NCBI GenBank assembly: GCA_001780285.1
Contig: MFGN01000021.1
Location: forward strand, 11,122 to 75,121
Direction of reading: 5' to 3'
DNA length: 64,000 nt
Origin: Candidatus Falkowbacteria bacterium RIFOXYD12_FULL_34_57
Lineage (GTDB): Bacteria > Patescibacteriota > Patescibacteriia > Patescibacteriales > UBA12075
Shown piece after piece: positions 21,506 through 29,569 of the stretch. Position numbers and translations under genes: made by a program. How positions within the stretch are numbered: the first letter of the stretch is position 1; each line of letters begins with the position of its first letter. A model generated the notes under the pieces. It did not search any database, was not told where the DNA came from, and worked only from the letters and a program-made list of their open reading frames with translations.

Positions 21506-22311
21506 ATAAAAGATTATCTACAAACAATAACCCTATCGGCATTCTCGACTCCGGCGTCGGCGGTCTTTCTGTTTGGCAGGAAGTAATTAAGACCTTGCCA
21601 CACGAATCAATCATCTACTTTGGAGACAGCGCTAATTGCCCTTACGGTGAAAAAAGTAAAACCAGAATCAAAACAATGACAGAAAATATCATAGATTTTT
21701 TACTAAAGAAAGATTGTAAACTAATCATTATTGCCTGCAATACCATCTCTGTTTCTATTATTGAAGAATTAAGAAAAAAATATTCCATCCCGATTATCGC
21801 TATAGAGCCGGCGATTAAAGTAGCCGCTAAACACACCAAAAACAAAAATATCGGCGTACTAGCCACTCGTGGTACGCAAAAAGGGAAACTTTATAAGAAC
21901 ACCAAAGAAAAACTTCCAAAAAATATCAATATCCATTTTCAAATCGGTAAAGGATTGGTAGAAATTGTAGAAAAAGGAGAAATAAATGCCCCTAAAAACA
22001 TCAAATTATTAAAAAAATATTTAAATCCATTAATGAATAAAAATATTGATCAATTGGTACTGGGCTGCACTCACTATCCCTTCCTTACTAGACAAATCAA
22101 ACAAATTACCGAAAATAAAATTAATATCATCAACCCGGCAAAAGCGGTTGCTAAACAAACAAAAAAAAAGCTTACAGACCATAAACTGCTTACAAACCGT
22201 TCAAAACCAAATTATACTTTCTTCACCTCAGGAAAAATATTCCTCATAGAAAAACTGTTACCTAATATAAATTTAAAAAGTATTAAAATAAATTTAAATA
22301 AAAAATTATAA
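21502..22311 (+). CDS. murI: Glutamate racemase
   Basis: GILDSGVGGLSV, ACNT and GCTHYP motifs. Start set at the ATG overlapping the mazG-like stop (ATGA); the ORF track starts at 21466. Confidence 0.9.
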   Translation: MNKRLSTNNNPIGILDSGVGGLSVWQEVIKTLPHESIIYFGDSANCPYGEKSKTRIKTMTENIIDFLLKKDCKLIIIACNTISVSIIEELRKKYSIPIIAIEPAIKVAAKHTKNKNIGVLATRGTQKGKLYKNTKEKLPKNINIHFQIGKGLVEIVEKGEINAPKNIKLLKKYLNPLMNKNIDQLVLGCTHYPFLTRQIKQITENKINIINPAKAVAKQTKKKLTDHKLLTNRSKPNYTFFTSGKIFLIEKLLPNINLKSIKINLNKKL

Positions 22312-22363
22312 CATTGAATAATTAAAAATTCATTCGAAATTCAAAATTCTTAATTTAAAATTT

Positions 22364-23599
22364 TCAACAAACGCTCTCCCCTGCCACAAAGCCCGTAGTC
22401 CAGCACACTTGCAGATTATACCCGCCAGTCGGTCCATCCAAATCCAAAACCTCACCGCATAAATACAAATTATCAATCAATTTAGACTTCATTGTCTTGG
22501 GATCTATCTCTCTTAAACTCACTCCGCCGGATGTAATAATTGCCTTGCTGTATCCCGCCAATTCTCGCACTTCCAGCTTAAACTCTTTTAATAAATAAAT
22601 TAATTTCTTCCTTTCTTCCTTCGTAATTAAATTTACTTGTTTTTCCGGACTAATTCCGGACAACTCAATAATTATCGGAGTTAATTTTTTCGGTAATAAT
22701 TTATCTAAACTATTCTTAAACATCTTGTTATTCATCTCTTTAAAATCTCTTTGCACCCTCTTGTCTAATTCCTGAAAAGACAAAGCCGGTTTAAAGTCTA
22801 TTTGCATAACACACGGTAAATTTTTATTTATCTCTTTACTCATATCCAAAACTATCGGCCCGCTCATTCCCCTATTGGTAAACAAAGCTTCCCCAAAACG
22901 AGAATCCTTTCTTTTACCATCTTTATAAACACCAATCTCTACATTTTTCAAACTAAGCCCCTCTAAATTTTTTACAAAATTTTCCTTGATTATAACAGGA
23001 GAAAGTGCCGGCATTGTTTTTTCTATTTTATGCCCCAAACCCATAAGCCACTTATATCCGTCTCCCGTAGAACCGGTCGCGGGGTACGACTTGCCGCCGG
23101 TACAAATTATAAATTTATCCGCAAATATTTCATCCCCATTAACTAAGACAACTTTTTCAATTTTCTTGCCCACCTTTACGATTCTTTTTACTTCCGCACT
23201 AGTTCTTACATCCACCCTTGACTTTCGCATATAGCCCACTAAAGCATTCAATACATCTTGCGATCTGTCGCTTACTGGAAAAACCCGATTTCCTCTTTCC
23301 ACTTTTGTTTTTACTCCTTGTCTTTCAAAAAAATCTATCGTGTCTGGCACCCCAAACCTAAAAAGACCGGAAAACAAAAACTTTCCATTTTTTCCAAACT
23401 TTTCTATAAATTTTCTAGCATCCAATTCATTATGCGCAAAATTGCATCGCCCCTTGCCGGTAATAAGTAACTTCACCCCCAATTCCCCATTCTTTTCCAA
23501 TAATAAAACCCTCGCACCCAAACTCCCCGCTCTCCCGGCCGCCATCATTCCGGACGGTCCCCCGCCAATTATAACTACATCATATTTCATATAAAACAA
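22364..23599 (-). CDS. HI0933/BaiN-family NAD(P)/FAD-dependent oxidoreductase
   Basis: 411 aa. DVVIIGGGPSGMMAA dinucleotide fold and C-terminal GEVLD.DG.TGGYNLQ.CW.TG..AG. Confidence 0.8.
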   Translation of the reverse strand: MFYMKYDVVIIGGGPSGMMAAGRAGSLGARVLLLEKNGELGVKLLITGKGRCNFAHNELDARKFIEKFGKNGKFLFSGLFRFGVPDTIDFFERQGVKTKVERGNRVFPVSDRSQDVLNALVGYMRKSRVDVRTSAEVKRIVKVGKKIEKVVLVNGDEIFADKFIICTGGKSYPATGSTGDGYKWLMGLGHKIEKTMPALSPVIIKENFVKNLEGLSLKNVEIGVYKDGKRKDSRFGEALFTNRGMSGPIVLDMSKEINKNLPCVMQIDFKPALSFQELDKRVQRDFKEMNNKMFKNSLDKLLPKKLTPIIIELSGISPEKQVNLITKEERKKLIYLLKEFKLEVRELAGYSKAIITSGGVSLREIDPKTMKSKLIDNLYLCGEVLDLDGPTGGYNLQVCWTTGFVAGESVC

Positions 23600-23769
23600 A
23601 TTAACATTTTATTTTTTACTTTCAACTAGATAATCTTATTCTTCTTTATTATACCTCAAATAAACTAATTAAAACAACACAAATTTAAGAAAGTATTGAT
23701 TTATTTTTAAACAATGATATAATAAAAAAGTTAAAAATACACTTAATCTTAAATAAAAAAAGGAGAACC

Positions 23770-24033
23770 TTGGTGTGTAATGGTATTATCAAAAAACTTA
23801 ACCAGGAAGAAGTTATTAGCGGAATCATTACTTATGAAGAGACACAGGGCTACAGATTTGCTGATGTTAAATATTTTGACAATTTAGAACAAATGCAAAA
23901 GTTATTTGAAGCGCCGCACATTAAATTCGTAAAACAAATCCAAAACTCAAGAATCATCAAAATTATCAAAAACAAAAAAAGAAAAGAAGTAGTAAAAATA
24001 ATCCTTAAATTAAAAAAACAACAAACAACTTAA
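23770..24033 (+). CDS. Hypothetical Lys-rich small protein
   Basis: 87 aa. A good SD (aaaggaga) lies 6-8 nt upstream of a non-ATG start. No family recognised. Confidence 0.4.
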   Translation: MVCNGIIKKLNQEEVISGIITYEETQGYRFADVKYFDNLEQMQKLFEAPHIKFVKQIQNSRIIKIIKNKKRKEVVKIILKLKKQQTT

Positions 24034-24034
24034 G

Positions 24035-24150
24035 ACAGCGCCTTTCCATGCCCGCCTCAGGCGGGGGCGTGGTGAATAATGGAATATCTAATTTAAACAC
24101 TTTTACTCTTAATAAATAGTAAAAAATAAAAATTCCTATACGAAAATAAA
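24035..24150 (+). repeat. Intergenic hairpin repeat, copy 1 (lacks the 5' extension)
   Basis: acagcgcctttccatgCCCGCCtcaGGCGGGggcgtggtgaataatggaat...atagtaaaaaataaaaattcctata. Near-identical to 27895-28010 and 61704-61785. Confidence 0.85.
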
Positions 24151-24221
24151 GAGCGTTACTAAAAAGTAACGCTTCATTTATATAAACCCTTGTTAAAATG
24201 TTTAAATGTTAATATGTTTAT

Positions 24222-24605
24222 ATGAAAATAATAATCTACATATTCGGCAATCCATTAATTGAAGAAGATAATACGCCGCTAAAATTAATGCCGGAATTAA
24301 AAAATAAATTCCCAAATATTAATTTTATAGAAATAGATCCAAATGAAAATCTCAAGCCGAATAATAAAAAATTAATTATAATAGATACCGCTGTCGACAT
24401 AGACAAGGTAATCTTGATTGATGATATCGAAACACTTGAAACTAATAATTCCTTCTCCATGCACGATATGGACCTGGCATTCAACCTTAAACTGCTTTAT
24501 AAAATAGGAAAACTTGAAAAAATAAAAATATTCGCCATTCCGCCGAACATAAAAAAAGAAGAGGCCTTAGAACAACTTACTACTTTAATTTCAAATAATA
24601 TATAA
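24222..24605 (+). CDS. Hydrogenase maturation endopeptidase (HycI/HoxM-like), divergent
   Basis: 127 aa. Has the GNPLIEEDN, IIIDTAVD and SMHDM triad-like positions expected for the family. It is convergent with the [NiFe] large subunit. Confidence 0.55.
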   Translation: MKIIIYIFGNPLIEEDNTPLKLMPELKNKFPNINFIEIDPNENLKPNNKKLIIIDTAVDIDKVILIDDIETLETNNSFSMHDMDLAFNLKLLYKIGKLEKIKIFAIPPNIKKEEALEQLTTLISNNI

Positions 24606-24610
24606 TTATA

Positions 24611-24639
24611 AAAACTCTCTCTTTACAAGAGAGAGTTTT
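24611..24639. terminator. Bidirectional terminator
   Basis: aaaactctctc-tttacaa-gagagagtttt: 11-bp perfect stem between convergent genes. Confidence 0.7.
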
Positions 24640-24662
24640 ATATTATTGTTGTTTGCTACCCG

Positions 24663-25946
24663 CTATTTATTCTCTATTTTCACTTTTAAAAAATGAGTAG
24701 CGCACGACATGCATGGATCATAGGCTCTGATTATTTTTTCCGCTTCTTTGCGGATAAATTCTTCCCCCTTGGCAATATTCATCTCTACCATCAAACGGAT
24801 ATCTTCCCGCATATTAATCAAATTCTGCGCAGTCGGTATTACTAAATTCACATAACGAATCTTGCCGTCAGTAATTCCGGTCCAATAATAAAGGGTGCCA
24901 CGAGGAGCCTCTATCACCCCCACTCCTTCTCCGGTTAAGGTCTCGGGTTTAATCGGTTCTTCCTCTTTAAATTCATTGTTCTCAAGTATTTCAATAGAGT
25001 GATCAATAGAGTGCATAATTTCTATAGCCTGTGCAAGATTGTTGTGATAAATATTTTTAGACGGAAATAAATCAATATATTTTTTCATATCTTTTTTGGT
25101 ATTAGCATGTAAATTTTTCTTATTTAAATTCATGCGAGACAGCGCCCCAACCATATATTCTTTCCCTTCAAACTTGAATCCGGAAGCAAAAGAAAAAGGT
25201 ATAACCACGCTATGCAAATGATCCCAAAAATTTTCCTCCTTAATTTCCGTTCCACTTGTACTTTTGATTGTACCTTCTAAAAATGAAAAATCAGGAGTAA
25301 CCAGCCCCACAAAATTCGTATCTCTTTCCAGCTTCCAATCACACCCTAAAAATATTTCAGCCAAATTCAAAACATATTTCCGCACGCTTTTTAACTCTTT
25401 AATCACCTCTGCTTTTTTCGCATTATCGGGTACGCGTGCAAAACCGCCAATCTGTTCAAACACGGCATGCACCGCACGACCGGCAACAAGTTTTGACAGA
25501 TTGTTGCCAGCTTCTTTTACATGCAGAGCTTCATGAACCAAATCTTTCCTTTTATCAGCCAGATCTAAAAGAGAATCAAGTTTAAAAATATCCGGCAATA
25601 CAAAAAAATACAAATGCAGAGCATGATCCCGGATCATCATAGAATACACCGTCAATTTTCTAAGCAGCATGGTCTGGGCGCTCGGTTTAATTTTTAAAGT
25701 TTTCTCTACCGCCTCAATGCATCCGGTCATGTGTGCAATGGAGCATGTGCCGCAGATTCTGGAAACAAGTTGTGGAATATTATTATATGGCCTGCCTTTC
25801 ACCGCCTGATTAAAAAAACGATTACTCTCCATAACCCGCAAGTCAATATTCTTCACCCTGCCATCACACACTTTTATATTTAGGCTGGCATGCCCCTCAA
25901 TTTTGGCCAATTTATTAATAGTGATATCAAGATTTGTCTTGTGCAT
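24663..25946 (-). CDS. [NiFe]-hydrogenase large subunit (small, group-3-like)
   Basis: 427 aa. N-terminal RICGTCSIAH (RxCGxC) and C-terminal DPCMSCATH (DPCxxCxxH) Ni-Fe ligand motifs. Confidence 0.92.
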   Translation of the reverse strand: MHKTNLDITINKLAKIEGHASLNIKVCDGRVKNIDLRVMESNRFFNQAVKGRPYNNIPQLVSRICGTCSIAHMTGCIEAVEKTLKIKPSAQTMLLRKLTVYSMMIRDHALHLYFFVLPDIFKLDSLLDLADKRKDLVHEALHVKEAGNNLSKLVAGRAVHAVFEQIGGFARVPDNAKKAEVIKELKSVRKYVLNLAEIFLGCDWKLERDTNFVGLVTPDFSFLEGTIKSTSGTEIKEENFWDHLHSVVIPFSFASGFKFEGKEYMVGALSRMNLNKKNLHANTKKDMKKYIDLFPSKNIYHNNLAQAIEIMHSIDHSIEILENNEFKEEEPIKPETLTGEGVGVIEAPRGTLYYWTGITDGKIRYVNLVIPTAQNLINMREDIRLMVEMNIAKGEEFIRKEAEKIIRAYDPCMSCATHFLKVKIENK

Positions 25947-25962
25947 AGAATTATATTGTTAT

Positions 25963-25998
25963 ATGGTTTCATGGCTCCATTGTTTCATTGCTAAATTA
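25963..25998 (-). promoter_or_regulatory. Conserved 36-nt leader element upstream of the hydrogenase large subunit
   Basis: 33/36 identical to 26585-26620. Starts 16 nt upstream of the start codon. Internally four degenerate 8-mers (tggtttca tggctcca ttgtttca ttgctaaa). Confidence 0.6.
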
Positions 25999-26110
25999 TC
26001 AACTGCCTTTAAAACAATTGAATACAACTATAAAACAATAAAGCAACGCCCCATGTTAATTGCTAAAAAAATAATTTTAAATAAACTTTTAAAACCCAAA
26101 TAAACAAAAA

Positions 26111-26569
26111 TTAACCTATCCATTTTTCAAAAACTTCTATAAACTTGCCTTCATTAATTGGGCATCCTATTATTTCATCATCCACCTTTACCGCCTCTTT
26201 TATTGACAAAGCTTTGGGTAAAAATGGAAAACTATTCAAGGTGTCTTTTGCTTCTGCCAATTGATCCGCGGAAAAAAGATTTCTTTGTCCGCTCGGCTGA
26301 CCGGTCATAGCGCATGCTCCCATTGCAATTAATGTTTTGCTATTTTCTCGAATTTTTTTTATTTCTTTTAGCTCCTTTTCGGTATTAATAACCCCCTCAA
26401 CAAGCGCCACATCAAAATCCTTCACTTCTGATTCTTCTTTAATAGATAAAAAATATTTTATATCCATTTTTTCAAGCCATCCTACAAGTTTTTTGTTAAA
26501 AATTTCCACCAATAAAATACTGCACCCCTCATCACAAGTAAAAGAAAATATTCCGACTTTTTTTTTCAT
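26111..26569 (-). CDS. [NiFe]-hydrogenase small (FeS, NuoB-like) subunit, short form
   Basis: About 152 aa. Cys ligands in CDEGC, GACA.TG and GCPI contexts. Start at MKKKVG chosen for spacing to the leader element (the ORF track gives 26578). Confidence 0.75.
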   Translation of the reverse strand: MKKKVGIFSFTCDEGCSILLVEIFNKKLVGWLEKMDIKYFLSIKEESEVKDFDVALVEGVINTEKELKEIKKIRENSKTLIAMGACAMTGQPSGQRNLFSADQLAEAKDTLNSFPFLPKALSIKEAVKVDDEIIGCPINEGKFIEVFEKWIG

Positions 26570-26584
26570 ACTTAACATTATTCC

Positions 26585-26620
26585 ATGGCTTCATGGCTCC
26601 ATTACTTCATTGCTAAATTA
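26585..26620 (-). promoter_or_regulatory. Conserved 36-nt leader element upstream of the hydrogenase small subunit
   Basis: Second copy of the 25963-25998 element. Tandem 17-mers caacaatgaaacaata x2 lie further upstream at 26648-26680. Confidence 0.6.
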
Positions 26621-26738
26621 ATAAACTGTCCCATGGATAGTTTAAAACAACAATGAAACAATACAACAATGAAACAATATTACATATTAAATTCTAAAAC
26701 AATTATTATATAAATGGTAATATAGCACATTCTTCTTG

Positions 26739-27209
26739 TTACAATTTTTCTACCCAAACACCAATATAATAAGTAGCAACCACCACTAAAATCGCTATTA
26801 ATAAATGCTCTGTCACCACCCCCCTTTTGTTTATTCCCTGTATCTTAGCAAGATAACAACTAAATAAAGCGATTAAAAACAAACCGAACACAATACTAAA
26901 AACAACTGCGGTAGTCAAAGAAAATAATAAAACGGGAACAATAAACATTCCGGCAAAAACAAACTTGGCAACAAATGTAGAAATTGTTGCTTCCCATATC
27001 TCTCTCTCGCTATGGTGATTTTCTGATTCTTCAGAGATGTGAACACCCAAAGCATCGGACAGAGCATCGGCTAAAGCAATTACCAGAACACCGCCAATTA
27101 CCACCTTGGCAGAATTTGTACTGGAATAAAGGCCCACCAAAAGACCTAAAGTAGTAATAATACCGGAAGTGAGACCAAAACTAAATCCTTTTTTTATAGA
27201 ATGATTCAT
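26739..27209 (-). CDS. VIT1/CCC1-like membrane protein (TM domain only)
   Basis: 156 aa with 4-5 TM helices. G..SG..T.LG...G and ALADALSDALG patterns are reminiscent of the VIT family. Confidence 0.45.
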   Translation of the reverse strand: MNHSIKKGFSFGLTSGIITTLGLLVGLYSSTNSAKVVIGGVLVIALADALSDALGVHISEESENHHSEREIWEATISTFVAKFVFAGMFIVPVLLFSLTTAVVFSIVFGLFLIALFSCYLAKIQGINKRGVVTEHLLIAILVVVATYYIGVWVEKL

Positions 27210-27254
27210 ATAAATTTCATTATTACATTGTTAAATTGTTTCTTTGTTAAAATA

Positions 27255-27719
27255 TCATAAGTGATAATTTTTTCCTTTTTCAATAGTAATAGCTCTATAA
27301 ATTTGTTCAACAAGCACCACTCTGGCGAGTTCATGTGGAAAAGTCATTTGGGACAAAGCGATTTTGTAATCTGCTCTGGATAGAACCTCTTTTGATAACC
27401 CCAAAGACCCGCCAAGAACAAAAATAATTGGCTCTTTTATTTTAAACAAAAAAACAGAAAATTTTTCAGAAGTCATATTATCTCCGCGTTCATCCAAAAC
27501 AATTATCTTTTTTTGAGAATATTTATCCAGATACTTAATTATTTTTTTTCCCTCTTCTTTTTTTATTTTTTCCTGGTCATTATTAAAAAAAGATTTATGC
27601 GCTAATTCTTGTATATTAATTTTTATATAAGGGTTAAGCCTTTTTAAAAATTCACAATAAGCATCTTGAAAATATCTTTCTTTTATTTTTCCAATAGCGA
27701 GTATTGTAATATCCAACAT
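27255..27719 (-). CDS. rlmH: 23S rRNA (pseudouridine1915-N3)-methyltransferase RlmH (SPOUT)
   Basis: 154 aa. GGS.G....V...A....SLS.MTFPH.LAR..L.EQ.YRA C-terminal knot motif. Confidence 0.85.
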   Translation of the reverse strand: MLDITILAIGKIKERYFQDAYCEFLKRLNPYIKINIQELAHKSFFNNDQEKIKKEEGKKIIKYLDKYSQKKIIVLDERGDNMTSEKFSVFLFKIKEPIIFVLGGSLGLSKEVLSRADYKIALSQMTFPHELARVVLVEQIYRAITIEKGKNYHL

Positions 27720-27855
27720 GAATTTATACTTTTTCTTTATAAGGAATAATAATATTTTTTATTATATCATAAAAAATAAACTAAAAGCTATTATTTTTTA
27801 CTTTACTATCACGAAACTATCTTTGTGTCAAATTTGTAGCAAAATAATACAAAAA

Positions 27856-28010
27856 AAGCCTGAAAGGCTTTTTGAAGTCTCCGCCTGAGGCGGACACAGC
27901 ACCTTTCCATGCCCGCCTCAGGCGGGGAAGTGGTGAATAATGGAATATCTAATAGTTAAACACTTTACTCTTGATAAATAGTAAAAAATAAAAATTCCTA
28001 TATAAAAATA
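27856..28010 (+). repeat. Intergenic hairpin repeat, copy 2 (full length)
   Basis: Three consecutive small hairpins (aagcc-tgaaa-ggctt; tccgcc-tga-ggcgga; cccgcc-tca-ggcggg) followed by an AT-rich tail shared with copy 1. Confidence 0.85.
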
Positions 28011-28046
28011 AATAATAATAGCCTGTTTATAACATCCCGCAAATCG

Positions 28047-28751
28047 TTAATATCCAAAAAAATTTTCTTTTTTTATTCTTTCTTCTTTAACCCCCATATT
28101 CAACAATGTTTTGTTAACACCATCTACCATTTGAGGCGGACCTGAAATAAAAAATATTTTAGATTTAAATTTAGGAAAATAATCTTTTAAAAAATCATCA
28201 TTAATTATTCTCTTCTCCCCCCTCCAATTAAGATCGTTATTAAAAGTCAAAATTAATTTAAAATTTTTATTTTTCTTTTCCAGTTCTTGCAGTTCATTTA
28301 AAAAAGCCGCCGACTCTTGGTTCTCATTAGCATAAACCAGTGTAATATTATAATTTTCTTGTTCACACTCTAAATACCTAAGCATGCTGATAAAAGGCGT
28401 TATTCCTATTCCGCCGGCAACAAAAATCAATAGTTTCAAAAAACTTTTTGGCAGAATAAAATCTCCAAAAATTTGATCAATCTTTACTTCACTGCCAACA
28501 GGCATGGCTATAAGTGATTTTTTAAAAGCACTTTCTCGCATTTTGGTAGCCATGCTAATAATCCCTTTTTCGTGTGGAGAATTTACAATCGTAAAGTGGC
28601 GCATACTACCCCCTTCATCTACATATGGAGGATTAATTAATGTAATAAAAAAATATTGACCCGGAATAAAACTAATCTTTCGACTTACTATAAAATCAAT
28701 AAGCAGTATTCCCTTGGCGATTTCCTTTTTGCTTTTAATAACAGCTTTCAT
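28047..28751 (-). CDS. Ferredoxin-NADP reductase-like FAD/NAD(P)-binding oxidoreductase
   Basis: 234 aa. RHFTIVNSP (RxYS-type FAD motif), GGIGITP (NAD(P) motif) and C-terminal ISGPP.MV. Confidence 0.65.
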   Translation of the reverse strand: MKAVIKSKKEIAKGILLIDFIVSRKISFIPGQYFFITLINPPYVDEGGSMRHFTIVNSPHEKGIISMATKMRESAFKKSLIAMPVGSEVKIDQIFGDFILPKSFLKLLIFVAGGIGITPFISMLRYLECEQENYNITLVYANENQESAAFLNELQELEKKNKNFKLILTFNNDLNWRGEKRIINDDFLKDYFPKFKSKIFFISGPPQMVDGVNKTLLNMGVKEERIKKENFFGY

Positions 28752-28761
28752 GTTTATTTTA

Positions 28762-28986
28762 TTAAAATTTTAAATTTAATTTTTTAAACCATGGGCAATT
28801 CCAGCAATATTTAAATTTTTTCTTATTTTCAGATTGAAAAGTAGAGGCAATAATCCAACATTCTCGACCTGAATTATTTTGAAAAGCGGGACATTCTTTT
28901 TTGGCTCTCTTATCGCAACAAAAAAACTCCCAACAATTCTGTGTATCGTTGTCAAGTTTTATGTTATTTTTTGTTTCGTATTTCAT
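28762..28986 (-). CDS. Small Cys/Trp-rich protein (two-CW-like)
   Basis: 74 aa. Repeated NCWEFFCC...ECP and CWNCPWF motifs. Confidence 0.35.
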   Translation of the reverse strand: MKYETKNNIKLDNDTQNCWEFFCCDKRAKKECPAFQNNSGRECWIIASTFQSENKKKFKYCWNCPWFKKLNLKF

Positions 28987-29030
28987 TTCTTAAATTATTT
29001 ATAAGCCTTATTCAATTCTTAATAAAGCAT

Positions 29031-29252
29031 CTAAACAGCTCCGCTTTCGCAGTAATATCCCCCGGTAAGCCGGAACTCCTCGGTTAAGGGACAATTGCCG
29101 CAAACACATCCTTTTTTATCAAATCCACAAAGAGACTTAGCGCGTGCGCAAAAAAGACCCTGCATTTCACCTTTTGTACATTCGCTATATGAGGGGCAAC
29201 TTTCACAAATACATCTCATTAAATTTTCTTTCTTATTTTCTACTTTTGTCAT
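29031..29252 (-). CDS. Small Cys-rich protein (DUF2769-like)
   Basis: 73 aa. CICESCPSY...C.C..CP pattern as remembered for DUF2769. Confidence 0.45.
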   Translation of the reverse strand: MTKVENKKENLMRCICESCPSYSECTKGEMQGLFCARAKSLCGFDKKGCVCGNCPLTEEFRLTGGYYCESGAV

Positions 29253-29423
29253 AAAAATTTAATCTGTAAAAATATTTTTTACAGATAATTAATTATTTTT
29301 TTAATATAAGTTAATTATACAACATTACTCATGAAATTTTCTTAAAAAAAATATAAAGAAAATATAAAATTTTTATAAAGAAATATGCAAAAAATGGTCA
29401 AAAAAACACAAAAAAAAATGGTC

Positions 29424-29452
29424 TTGACTAATATCTACGAATACTTTATTAT
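29424..29452 (+). promoter_or_regulatory. Sigma70-like promoter candidate for tRNA-Asn
   Basis: TTGACT, 17-nt spacer, TATTAT, about 45 nt upstream of the tRNA. Confidence 0.4.
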
Positions 29453-29497
29453 ATAAATAATGCCGAAAAGGCATGTTTTAGTTTACAATTGAATAAT

Positions 29498-29569
29498 TCC
29501 CGGGTAGCGCAGCGGTAGCGCAGTTGGCTGTTAACCAATTGGTCGTCGGTTCGAATCCGACCCCGGGAG
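29498..29569 (+). tRNA. tRNA-Asn (anticodon GTT)
   Basis: Hand-folded 72-nt cloverleaf: acceptor tcccggg/cccggga, D arm gcgc/gcgc, anticodon stem gttgg/ccaat with loop ctGTTaa, T arm gtcgg-ttcgaat-ccgac. No encoded CCA. Confidence 0.9.
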
